Below, piece by piece: positions 1 to 11,347 of a stretch of DNA of 64,000 bases. Origin of the DNA: Azolla caroliniana. Lineage: Eukaryota; Plantae; Polypodiophyta. Where the stretch lies: positions 13,888,001-13,952,000 of the forward strand of contig JBHGNT010000017.1 in the NCBI GenBank assembly GCA_043228905.1, written 5' to 3'. Position numbers and translations under genes: made by a program. A model generated the notes under the pieces. The model did no database searches, was not told where the DNA came from, and was given only the letters and a program-made list of their open reading frames with translations. The number at the start of each line of letters is the position of its first letter. Positions within the stretch are counted from its first letter, which is position 1.

Positions 1-46
1 ATAAATATATAAATATTATACATATATACATATACAAGGAGGGCAA

Positions 47-108
47 GGAAGGATTCAAACCTTGCACCTCCAAGTTAGGAATCAATTGGCTTACCATTAA
101 GCCATGCT
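47..108 (-). repeat. tRNA-derived (SINE-like) remnant
   Basis: Minus strand reads GCATGGCTTAATGGTAAG...GGTTTGAATCCTTCC, giving degenerate Pol III A and B boxes; no intact cloverleaf. Confidence 0.4.
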
Positions 109-199
109 ATTTAGTTGAAAGTATATTTCAATCATTGTACTTTTACATGTAAATTCTCATACATGAGAGCTAAAATGAGTGACATGGTTATCATGCACC

Positions 200-556
200 A
201 CATGTAATACATAAGCGCCAAATGGCAAACATGCAATTTATGCATGTCTTGTACCCTCACATGCATCATATGCATGAGAGCATCTATAAAAGAAGGGGGA
301 GGAGAAAAAACACGTTTTTTTTATTATGAAATTAAGAAGAAGAAATTCGTTATCAAATTGATGGTGTAACTTGTTTCTTAAATCCAAAGATAAAAGTTTA
401 ATCAATCTCTCTCAATCGTTTAATCTCAACTTCTCTCTTTCCCAATCTATCTTAAGTACTTTCTCGCCAAATCTTGTACCGACTTTGAATCCTTTCGGTC
501 CAGAACCCTGGCGGTTCCGCCTCACGATCCGCGCGTAGTGACGGATCTTCACGACA
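200..556 (+). mobile_element. 3' end of an LTR from a third, related element (left boundary undetermined)
   Basis: Ends GATCTTCACGACA (544-556), the inverted match to the family LTR start TGTCGTGAAGAT. Contains TCTATAAAAGAAGGGG and GGCGGTTCCGCCT blocks that match the other LTRs. No PBS follows, so it is a 3' or solo LTR. Confidence 0.6.
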
Positions 557-1229
557 GCACACACTATCTTTGGTTTCTTATAGGTTTTGTGGGTTTCTGT
601 GGCGCTTCGGTGTGTGTGGGTGTGCGGTGGTGTTGGTTCTCGTTGCTCGCGTCGAGCCCGTGTGCTAGGCAGTTCGTTGGTAGGTCTCTCTCCTTGTTGC
701 GCAAGACCCTTCTCGTACTGGTTAGCCTGTGTGCTTCTCGCAGGCGGCTTGGCGACAACAGGCGCTCGTTCTGGGAGGAGGTGTGCCCTGCACAAGGATC
801 CCGTCGTGCGAACGAGCCTTGGTGCTCCCGATCGGTCCTAGGATGCAAGCTCCCTCTTCCTCTCTATGTGAAGCCGGCACGGTAACGGCCAATGTGTACA
901 TATATGTGTGTGTGTCCCCGGTTGGCGTAGGGTTGTGTGTGTGTGCGTGCACGAGCGCGGTTAACCGGGCCGTGACCCATGTCACTTTTGGCCCTTGTAC
1001 ATATGAACAGAAGGGCGGTAAGGATGGATGTGCGCCTTCTCATTCTGCGAATGGTCATTGGTCGTTTCTGGGGAGAAACCAGAACCGGCCGGCAAGGTTT
1101 GACCCGGGCCCAAACCGGCCGGCAGCGCAGCATGCTTAGGAGGATTTGATCCTCCCGAAACTCCACTCCTGGTCCTTGACCCCGGTGGTCCCGCCTGGAT
1201 CCAACATGCAAGCGCAAATCTCCGCGACA
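557..1229 (+). repeat. Outer element 5' LTR (5'-truncated)
   Basis: Direct repeat of 9747-10288; CA terminus at 1229. Confidence 0.85.
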
Positions 1230-1233
1230 TCTT

Positions 1234-1251
1234 TGGTGAACCCGACGTGAA
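1234..1251 (+). other. Primer binding site complementary to the tRNA-Trp 3' end
   Basis: TGGTGAACCCGACGTGAA is the complement of plant tRNA-Trp ...TTCACGTCGGGTTCACCA, 4 nt after the LTR end. Confidence 0.85.
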
Positions 1252-4239
1252 AGGCGGCAAGGGAGGATGGAGTTGGATGCCAAAGACTTCGAGAAGGAGA
1301 GTCGAGAAGTGGCGCATCGAGATGGGCGAGGTCGAAGGAGTCGACCATTACAACGGGGACGGAGTCCCGCGAGTTCCGCCAAAGGCTCGACTGTCCGGCA
1401 TGAAGAGGAGGAGCTCCGAGCAGCTCACCGAGCGTGGCCACCTAGTCACGAGACGGAGGTGGCGTGTGACGACACGTCATCACAGCAGGAAGGGAGCGCG
1501 TGGACAAGACAGACGTGGTCGAGACGGAGGCCGATCAAGGTACGATGGTACCAGGAGGAAGAGGGTGCGGGACGAGCCGCCCTCTTTTACATGGGGAGAA
1601 AGACCGATCGGGCGAAGGTCCGGAATTGGGGAGAAGATGATCGAGGGTACGGAACGAGTCCGGCAGGATCAACATCGGAGCCAAATCCCCAGACATTGGA
1701 GAATCAAGCCCAGGCGGGGCTTGATCAATCACAGAGCGGATGCTTTCCACCGACACCACTAAAAGGGAGTCGTCGGGAGTCGTTACGAAATCAATGTCCC
1801 CACATCTCGACCGGAGACTTCGGCAGTTCGGACGGTGTGGCAACGTGAGACCGAAAGAGATGGAAGATGGAGGCGAGAGCACAGCAAGGAGAGCGACGAC
1901 GAGTCCGGGACAAGTACAAAGGACAAAGCGGAGAACGAAGACCGGTCCTATGGGTCACCTCACATGGGGCTAGAGACTCCAGCAGTCAGAATCGAATCCG
2001 ACATAAGACCAAGATACTGACGGTGGTGGCAGGACAATGGGACCCGGCAATCCAGAGAGTGACGGATGAACCCGGACGAGAACCGGGCGGAGCGGACTTC
2101 CAGATAACCGATCTGGAGGGAGGAGAGAGTAGGCCTACGGAGAGGCCAGGAACACGGTACGTCGGTACCACGGGAGAGGATGTGGAGTGAGCCACCCTCT
2201 CAGCTTGCGGAGAAGGAAGACTCGGGATAAGGGTCAGAAATACGACAAGCCCGAGGAGGATCCTTCACACCGGTTCTAGAGACTCCAACGGTCGACTCGA
2301 GAGCCGGCGTGAGACCTAGAGTGACGAACGGTGGCGGCGAGCAGACGAAGGCAAAGATTGCGGATGGGCGGTCTACAGAGATCCTCACACCGATCCAGTG
2401 GTTAGCCCGAGAGCCAGCGTGAGTCCTATAGGAAAGGACGGTGGCGGCAGGAGAACATGATTGGACGATGGGAAGAGGGAAAGCGGCAAGGAGGTATCGG
2501 GCCAGCGAGGTGGCCACTAACCGAAACATGACCTTTCGGCAAGGTCAGAGGAAACAAGGAGGAATCGGGAACCGACCCGACCGGAAGACAACGCGGAAGG
2601 CGAGAGAGGAAAAAGGGAGACCAGTCCTATGGGATCCTCACACCGATCCAGAGACACCGGCAACTCAAGCCGACGAGGCTGCGTGAGACCGAGTGAGAAA
2701 GACGGTGGTGGCAGGAAACGGGACCTGGCAATGCAGAAGGAGGAACGAACGGGCCCGGACGAGAACTGGAATAGCGGCCTTCTGGGTAACCGATCCGAAA
2801 TAGAGGAAAGGCGGTACATCGGTACCACGGGAGAGGACGCGGAGCAAACCGCCCTCTCGACATGCGGAGAAGGATGACCCAAGATAGGGTCGGGAAGATA
2901 AATCGAGGGCCCGAGGAGGATCCTTCAAACCGGATCTAGAGATTTCGGCGGTCGACAGGGGGGTCAACATAAGACCAAGAGACTGACGGTGGTGGCAAGG
3001 GGACAAGGGCAAGGACGACAAAAGGGGGGAGTCCCACGAAGACACTCACACCAATCCGGAGACTCCGGCAACTGGCAACAAGAGTCGGCGTGAGACCTAG
3101 AGAGAAGGACGATGACGGTAGGAGAACGTGATCGGATGACGGGATGCGGCAAGGAGCGGCAAGGAGGTATGAGGCCGGCGAGGCGGCCACAAATCAAAAC
3201 CGGACCTTCCGGTAAGGTTGATGGAAGGAGGAAGAAGAAGAAAAGGAAGACCGGTCCTATGGGATACTCACACCGATCCGAAGACACCGGCAGCTCAAGC
3301 CGATGTGGCAGTGTGAGACCGAGTGAGAAGCAAGAAACGGGATCCGGCAAGGGAAGAGTGGACAATGAGGCAAACCCTTATCGGCCAGTTATGGTTTCAG
3401 AAGAAGCCATTAAGGGCAAGCAAGGAGTGGTGTGTCACCCGGGAGCGGAACAAGAGACGTGCAAGTGGCCATCAAGGGCCAAAGCGAAGATCGAGGACGG
3501 GATGGTGTTCGGCACAGGTGGTGCCAAACAAGGAAGGCGGAAGACGACACACGGAGGTGCCGGGAACGAGAGCACAGGCGCGTAACAGACTACACGAATT
3601 GGAGACCGGAAACAGGATCACGGGCCAAAGAATGATCCTCCACACCCGCTTCGGAGATCTCGGCGGCCCAATCGGAGTGGCAACGACTGGCGTGGCAAGC
3701 CAAACCCCAGGTAACAAGCTGGTGGGGGCAAGGGAACGATGCCAAGCGGAAGGCTCCGAACCAGTGGCAACAACACAAGACGAAAGTGGCCGAGTGGGCT
3801 ACTACGGGGTGTTCCTCGGACACGGAGGACACCGGTATGTGGAGAAGCAGCTATGCATGATCTGGTCGGGCGAGGACTAACAACGTGTGCATGGGAAGTA
3901 ACCGGAGTTCGGCACAGGCGGAGCCGAACACGGGAAGGGGATGCGCGGCACACAGAGGTGCCGGAGCGGAAATACAAGCGCAAAGATGGGTTTCCGGTCC
4001 AGGTGATCTCACGTGGAAGGCCGGAGAGGGATCCTCCACACCGGTTCCCGAGACCTTGGCCGTTCAAGCCGACGTGGCAACATATGACCAAGGAAAAGGA
4101 AGGTGGCGGCGAGGGGATGAAGTCGATGGGCGACAAGGGACGGTAACCAAGACGACGCAAAGGTCTACAGAGGCTAAGCGGGTCATCACGGGTGCTCCTC
4201 AGACGAGGGACATCGCATATCTGGAGGAACATGAAGCGT

Positions 4240-5026
4240 TGTCATGAAGAATTTCGGCCAAAGGCGGAAACCGGGAACATTGGCTACATCGGCGGACTGC
4301 AGCGTGTGAACGCACCCATGTACATTTAGTGTGAATATCGAGGGCGCCTTTATGGCGCCGAAGAGTAATCAAGTCGGGGCAAACGATCCCATGTAAGGCG
4401 GGATTTGTCCCACATTGTAACGCATCCATGTCCTTGTTCTATAAAAGGAAGGGAACGCCCTTTGTGAGAGGGTTGCCCATTTTGCATTAGAGGGTATACC
4501 GTTAGGTTTAGGGTTAGGTTTCTTCTGCTTCTTCTTCTCCCCCTTCGTGTTCGCTTAGGGTTTGCTTCAGCTCATCTCCTGTGCAAGACCCCGCTCGGCG
4601 TGACGAGCCTGTGAGCTCCCCGACGGCGGCTTAGCAGCAGACGACTATTGTAACCTACCTCAGCCGGCTCGAAGCCGGGAATGTATTCTTCTTCTATATG
4701 TTTATATATATACGTTTGCGTCTGTCTGTGTATATCCGCGTCTCTTTTGGTGTCGGGTGTTTCCCTCTTCCTGCATTTTCTGTGCATAAGGGCGTGAGTC
4801 GGGTCGGGCTGTGTGTGCGTGTGTGCGTGTGTGCGTGTGAGTGTGCGTGTGTGTGCGTGAGTCGGTGTTAAGCTCTCTCTCTATCTCTCTCTCCCTTCGG
4901 TTGCTTCCGGTGTGCTTCTGGGATGCCCCGGAAACAGTGAAGTGCGACTTCCTACGCTCCGTCGCTCCCTAGTCCAAGACCCCCGTGGTCCCGCCTTTCT
5001 CCACACACGCGCATAACAACGCGACA
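4240..5026 (+). repeat. Inner element 5' LTR
   Basis: Near-identical to 8210-8996; contains a TATA (TCTATAAAAG), a TTAGGGTTAGG telo-like tract and (GT)n/(CT)n. Confidence 0.92.
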
Positions 5027-5063
5027 TCTTTGGTGAACCCGACGTGAAAGGCGGCAAGGGAGG

Positions 5064-5390
5064 ATGGAGTCGGAAGACGAAGACCTTGCGGAGATGGTGG
5101 CCGAAGTGGTGTTGGAGTCGGCACGAGTGGTGATGAGGCGAGAAGCAGCGCAACAAGCGGTTGAGCGAGTGGTCGAAAGAGTCGGCCGTTTCAACAGGGA
5201 CAAAGTCCCATCTTACTTGGAAGCCTACAACACGGAAATGGAGGAGCATTGCGTTAGACGAGGCGTTGAGGCTGGAGTTCTTCTGCTGGGTCGTAGCTGT
5301 CCGGAGGCATGCGGAAGTAAAGGAGCTCCGTGAGGCTCATAGTTCGTGGGAGGCCTTCAAAGAGGCACTCCTGAAGGCATACGGAGGACG
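5064..5390 (+). pseudogene. Degenerate gag-like N-terminal fragment (frameshifted)
   Basis: VGRFNRDKVPSYLEAYNTEM, then after a frame change near 5250, LDEALRLEFF...SSWEAFKEALLKAYG; resembles retrotransposon capsid N-termini and sits directly after the PBS. Confidence 0.6.
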
Positions 5391-6494
5391 GCGGAAGATC
5401 GGTACCACGGTACCACGGGAGAGGGTGCGGAACGAAACGCCCTCTCGATTTGCGGAGATAGAACGGCCAAGGACGAGGCCGAGATACAGATCGCGGAACC
5501 GGAACGTTGGGACCAACGGTTTCGGGCGTGTCAGCCCGAGATCCCGGTCATTGGAGAAACAAGCCCAGACGGGGCTTGCGCGATCGGTAAGAAGACGACC
5601 GCCGACCGCGAAGAGTCGGTGGCTACGGACAAGGGCGTAAAACGGACGAGCGATTCTTTGTGTCTTCCCACACTTGCTCCCGAGACGATGGCAGTCGGGC
5701 CCAAGTGCCCACGTGAGTCCCAAGCGGAGGAAGCCGGCGGCGGTGTCGTAGTGTAGGTTGCACACTATGCGGAAATTATAATTTCCGCATAGTGTGCAAC
5801 CTACACTACGACACTGGCAGGCCAAGAATCACCGGCGAGACGATACGGGGAAGGAACGGACGAAAGCCCACGGACCCAATTCCGGAGAACTCGGCAATCG
5901 GGCCCGTATGCCCATGTAAGACCGAGGAGATGGATGGCGGTACCGAGGAGTCCTGGCACGATGCCAGCGAAGACAGATGGGAAACGGCCTACGAGGAGGC
6001 CGAGGATGGAAGTGGCACGAGGACATCGTCATTCCGATACGGATGGAGCGTGATCCGGTCGTGGATCGTTCAATCGAGGCCGGATTCGGCATAGAGGTGC
6101 CGATACGGGAGAGGGTGCGGGACGAGCCGCCCTCTTTTACATGGGAAGAAAGACCGACCGAGCGAAGGTCGAGATTTGGAACGAGAATGAAAGCCGGTCC
6201 TATGGGTTTCCTTACACTGATCCGGCTGCCGGCCCGAGTGCCGGCATAAGTCCTATACGAGAGATCGGTGGCGACATGAGAACGGGACTCGGCAATCCGG
6301 AGAAGGACGAACAGACCCGGACGAGAACCGGGCGGAGCGGACTCCCGGATGACCATTCTGGGAGGGAGGAAGAGAGCTGGCCTACGAAGAGGCCGAGGAC
6401 ACGGTACGTCGGTACCACGGGAGAGGGTACGGAGTAAACCGCCCTCTCGGCATGCGGAAAAGGACGACCCGAGACAAGGTCGGAAAATACGGAA

Positions 6495-6730
6495 GGGCGG
6501 CCTACGGAGGATCCTTCACACCGGTTCTAGAGACTTCAGCAGTCAGCAACGCGGTCGACGTAAGACCAAGATACTGACGGTAGCGGCGAGGTGACGAACG
6601 CAAGGGCTACGGATGGGCGGTCTACGGAGGATCCTTCACACCGGTTCTAGAGACTTCAGCAGTCGGCGACGCGGTCGACGTAAGACCAAGATACTGACGG
6701 TGGCAGCGAGGTGACGAAGGCAAGGGCTAC
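6495..6730 (+). repeat. 120-bp tandem duplication inside the inner element
   Basis: GGAGGATCCTTCACACCGGTTCTAGAGACTTCAGC... occurs at 6506 and 6626. Confidence 0.85.
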
Positions 6731-8209
6731 CGCAATGAGGTATCAGGCCGGCGAGGCGGCCACAAACCAAATCAGACCTTCCGGCAAGGTCAATGGGCGT
6801 AAGGAAGTCCGGTCTTACGGGATCCCCACACTTATCCGGAGACCCCGGCTGTTCGGCCAACGTGGCAACGTAAGACCGAGGGAGAAGGAAGGTGGCGGCG
6901 GGAAACGGGACCCGACTACGCGGAAGACACGAGGAGAGTCCGGGAGGGACTCAAACAAAAGACACCCGAATTTCGGCAAGCATAGAAACGGAGTCCGATC
7001 CTATGGGACCCTCACACCGATCCGGAGACCCCAGCTGTTCGGCCAACGTGGCAACGTAAGACCGAGGGAGAAGGAAGGTGGCGGCAGGGAACGGGACCCG
7101 ACGACACGAGGTTTCGGAAGGAGCCGATAGGGGCAAACACGGGGGGCTGTGTCAGGCCGGAAAGGCACACCTTGGACGGAATAAGAGTCTCGCAAGTGGC
7201 CATCGCGGGCCGGATCAAAGCGTGACTACGGGACAATGTTCGGCACGGGCGGTGCCAAACAAAGGAAGCGGAAGACGGCACAAGAGAGGTGCCGGGAACG
7301 AGGTGACAAGTGCCTAGTGGACTGCACAGGGTCGGAGTCAGGGGATGGCAAGAGAGGCCGGAGGAGGATCCTCCACACTCGCTTCGTAGATCTCGGTAGC
7401 TCCGTCGAAGAAGCGAAGACTGACACGGCAAGCCGGGATGACAAGCTGGTGGGGGCGAGGGGACGACGGCAAGCGGAAGACTCAGGACCTATCGCAGCAG
7501 CACGAAGACGGGAAGGGCCAAGCGGGCTACTACGGGGTGTTCCTCGGATGCAAAGGACACCGGTATGCGGGTGAGCGGCGATGCACGATCTGGCCGGGAA
7601 AGGGGCCGACGAGGCGTGCAAAGAACCGGAGTATGGCACAGGCGGTGCCAAACAACGGACGAGGGTATGTGGCACACGGAGGTGCCGGAGCGGAAAGGCG
7701 AGCGCGGAGATAGGTTGCACGGTTCAGAGGTAGCGCGGAGAAGGCCGGAAAGGGATCCTCCACACCGTTCCGGAGACCATGGCGGTTCGAGCCGACACGG
7801 CGATGTAAGACCATGGAGAAGGAAGGTGGCAGCGAGAGAACGAGGGCAACGCGAAACGACAAGGGACGGCAATCAGGACGATGCGAATGATCAACGGGGG
7901 CCAAGCGGGCCACTACGGGCATGCCTCAAGCGGAGGACATCGGGCCTACGGCGGGAAGCAGGGCGTTCATACGGCCGAACAAGGGCCAACGGAAGTACGC
8001 GTACTACGGAGATCGCGGCAGAGGACCCATCGACGGGTTGAACGAGCCTACGGGGAGGCGAGCGCGAAGGAAGACTTGAAGCCGACGGGTTGAACCGGCA
8101 GCGAGCCGAGATGCGGATCACGGAAGACCGGTTTCTCACCGGCCAAAATCTCTCACCCTTCAACCATATTTGGCACGTACCGGTGGACGTGCAGTTAGGT
8201 GGGGGCGGA

Positions 8210-8830
8210 TGTCGTGAAGAATTTCGGCCAGAGGCGGAAACCGGGAACATTGGCTACATCGGCGGGGTGCAGCGTGTGAACGCACCCATGTACATTTAGT
8301 GTGAATATCGAGGGCGCCTTTATGGCGCCAAAGAGTAATCAAGTCGGGGCAGACGATCCCATGTAAGGCGGGATTTGTCCCACATTCTAACGCATCCCTG
8401 TCCTTGTTCTATAAAAAGAAAGGAACGCCCTCTGTGAGAGGGTTTCCCATTTTGCATTAGAGGGTATACCGTTAGGTTTAGGGTTAGGTTTCTTCTGCTT
8501 CTTCTTCTCCCCCTTCGTGTTCGCTTAGGGTTTGCTTCAGCTCATCTCCTGTGCAAGACCTTGCTCGGCGCGACGAGCCCGTGAGCTCCCCGATGGCGGC
8601 TTGGCAGCAGACGACTACTATAACCTACCTCAGCCGGCTCGAAGCCGGGAATGTATTCTTCTTCTATATGTTTATATATATACGTTTGCGTCTGTCTATG
8701 TATATCCGCGTCTCTTTTGGTGTCGGGTGTTTCCCCCTTCCTGCGTTTTCTGTGCATAAGGGCGTGAGTCGGGTCGGGCTGTGTGTGCGTGTGTGCGTGT
8801 GAGTGTGCGTGTGTGTGCGTGAGTCGGTGT

Positions 8831-8866
<36 letters not shown>

Positions 8867-8996
8867 TCGGTTGCTTCCGGTGTGCTTCTGGGATGCCCCG
8901 GAAACAGTGAAGTGCAACTTCCTACGCTCCGTCGCTCCCTAGTCCAAGACCCCCGTGGTCCTGCCTTTCTCCACGCACACGCGTAACAACGCGACA
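8210..8996 (+). repeat. Inner element 3' LTR
   Basis: Follows the PPT; TG...CA ends; followed by the TSD. Confidence 0.92.
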
Positions 8997-9253
8997 GCGT
9001 GCAAGCAGTCGAGAGAAGGGCCAACAAGGGAGCACACGTGCAGGAGGGGTCGCGGCAAGGACCTATCGACAGGTCAAACGAGCCTACGGAGAGGCGAGCA
9101 CGAGCAAGAACCAGAGCCGACGGTTCAGACCGGCAAGGCCAATGTAGCATCCGGAGTGCGGATTACGGAAGACCGGTTCCTCACCTACCAAAATCTTTCA
9201 CCTTTCCTTGAATTTGACACATACCGGTGGATGTGCGGTTTGGTGGGGGCGGA

Positions 9254-10288
9254 TGTCGTGAAGATTCTGGGCTACGGTGAGAAACCGGGAGATATTGGAG
9301 GAATCGGCAAGGTGCACCATGTGCACCCACTCTTGTAGAACTTGTATAGGGAATATGGGCGCCTTTATGGCGCCGAACAGTAATAAAGTCAGGACGGAGG
9401 ATCCCATGTATCACGAGATTTATCCCACATAGTCACGCGACCCTCGCCTTGTTCTATAAAAGGGAGGGCGCGCTTCTTGTACAGGGGTTCCCACCCATTG
9501 GGTCCCAAACTGTTTTGTGCTTTACTTAGGGGTTCCACGAAGTTCCCTATGCGGGCTCTATGTTCTTTGTATTACAGCTTCAGTCAGTCTCTTTCTCATA
9601 GTGTCAGTTTTTGTTTTTGTTTCCATTTGTGTATCTCCATTCCTGTCTCTGCTAGGGTTTCGGGTGTTGGTGTTCTTTGTTAGGGTTAGGGCATGAGTTC
9701 GTTTGTGGGTGTAAGTGAGTGAGCGCGGCCGGGGCGACAGACAGTGCGCGCACTCTCTTTGGTTTCTTGTAGGTTTTGTGGGTTTCTGTGGCGTTTCGGT
9801 GTGTGTGGGTGTGCGGTGGTGCTGGTTCCCATTGCTTGCGTCGAGCCCATGTGCCGGGCAGTTCGTTGGTAGGTCTCTCTCCTTGTTGCGCAAGACCCTT
9901 CTCGTACCGTTTAGCCCGTGCGCTTCCGACAGGCGGCTTGGTGACAAGAGGCGGTCGTTCTGGGCGGAGGCGTGCCCTACATAAGGATCCCGTCGTGCGA
10001 ACGAGCCCTGGTGCTCCCAATCGGTCTTGGGATGCAGGCTCCCTCTTCCTCTCTGTGTGAAGCCAGCGCGGTAACGGCCAATGTGTACATATATGTGCAT
10101 GTGTCCCCGGTTGGCGTAGGGTTGTGTGTGTGTGTGTGTGTGTGTGTGCGTGCGCGGGCGCGGTTAACCGGGTCGTGACCCATGTCACTTTTGGCCCTTG
10201 TACATACGAAAAGAAGGGCGGTAAGGATGGATGCACGCCTTCTCACTCTGCGAACGGTCATCGGTCGCTTCTGGGGAGAAACCAGAAC
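9254..10288 (+). repeat. Outer element 3' LTR (3'-truncated)
   Basis: PPT TGGTGGGGGCGGA at 9241-9253, then TGTCGTGAAGA; homology to the 5' LTR stops at 10288. Confidence 0.85.
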
Positions 10289-10508
10289 TCGGGAGAAAAG
10301 GACCAAGTTGGCACTCCATGCAACAAGATGCATAATATTTCTCAGTTATGGAATCGATGGGGAATTCAACTACAGGCTATGGGACCCAGAGAACCGGAAA
10401 TTGATTCGGAGCAGTGATGCAGTCTTCAACGAAGACTTTTTTCTTTCTGAGAGGAACTAGAAGAAAATAGCTAGTAAAAAGGTATCCTTCAAAATCGATA
10501 GAGATGTC
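10289..10508 (+). pseudogene. Ty1/copia pol fragment (integrase C-terminal SH3-like region)
   Basis: KRTKL...RCIIFLSYGIDGEFNYRLWDPENRKLIRSSDAVFNE; appears to continue after the hAT at 15184 to about 15630. Confidence 0.8.
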
Positions 10509-11347
10509 TAGCAATGGGCGCGGTTCGGTTTCGGTTCGGTTCGGTTTCTTGACCTTGAAACCAAACCAAACCAAACCAAACCGGTTATTCAGAATAAAAA
10601 CCAAACCAAACCATTTAAAAAATTTGAAGCCATTTAAACCAAACTATTTAAGCCAAACCATTTAAACCAAACCGTTTAATAGGTATGAGAAACCAAACCG
10701 TTTATGTAAAATGTAGAACCAAACCGAACCGGTTTACCAAAAATCAAAACCAAACCAGTGTATCAAACATCAAAACCAAACCAAACCAAATTGGTTTTGA
10801 CATAATCCAAGCAACACGAAACAATAAATTGTACCAAATCAAAGACTAGAACACTATAAAATAACAGAAATTCACAACACATTTTCTGAAAATTGTTAAT
10901 TTGTGAAACATGATAAGATATTACATAAAAAGATAAATGTTTTTTGGAATGATAACAAAAATCCATACCATAGAGTTCCAAAATTCCATAAATAGAGTTC
11001 CAAATTTCCAATTAAGAACAACAATCCATATAATAGAGTTCCAATTTTCCAAATCCATAGGACCATATATGTAAACTTAATCCAGCTTTTTGTTTCCAAT
11101 ATTTGAATAAGGGATTCCTGAAAGTATAAAATATACAAAAGAATTAAGTAATTCATAATAACAAATTTAAAGAATCGACTAAAAACAAAATAGTAAACAA
11201 CATGTAATAAAAATTACAATGACTTTGAAGATCTCCAATTGCAACCACTATTGTCGTTAACATGTCAAAAATCAACATGATTCCTGTACATATAAAATAC
11301 ATAAAAACAAGTAAGTAATTATTAATAAAAATACTTTAAGTAAAGAC

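Larger units (their letters stand above)
4240..8996 (+). mobile_element. Inner complete non-autonomous LTR retroelement with 787-bp LTRs and 4-bp TSD GCGT
   Basis: LTRs 4240-5026 and 8210-8996 (TGTCRTG...CGCGACA); GCGT at 4236-4239 and 8997-9000; tRNA-Trp PBS 5031-5048; PPT GGTGGGGGCGGA 8198-8209. Confidence 0.92.
557..10288 (+). mobile_element. Outer non-autonomous LTR retroelement (LARD-like), both LTRs truncated
   Basis: 557-1085 repeats at about 9747-10288. The 5' LTR ends CGCGACA at 1229 and is followed by a PBS; the 3' LTR starts TGTCGTG at 9254 after a PPT. No RT/IN motifs seen internally. Confidence 0.85.

Noticed and set aside
4240-5026. Retrozyme (hammerhead-bearing LTR, 4-bp TSD)
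   Set aside because: No CUGANGA...GAAA core found by eye in the LTR, and the element is far larger than retrozymes.
1940-7815. CRISPR-like repeat-spacer array
   Set aside because: Repeats are degenerate, spacing is irregular, intervening sequences are themselves homologous, and the context is eukaryotic with no cas genes.
557-10288. DIRS/Ngaro split-direct-repeat element
   Set aside because: The repeat pattern is fully explained by nested LTR elements with PBS, PPT and TSD; no tyrosine recombinase seen.
412-10333. Dozens of short overlapping ORFs on both strands
   Set aside because: By-products of GC-rich repetitive LTR element sequence; no RT, integrase or recombinase motifs.
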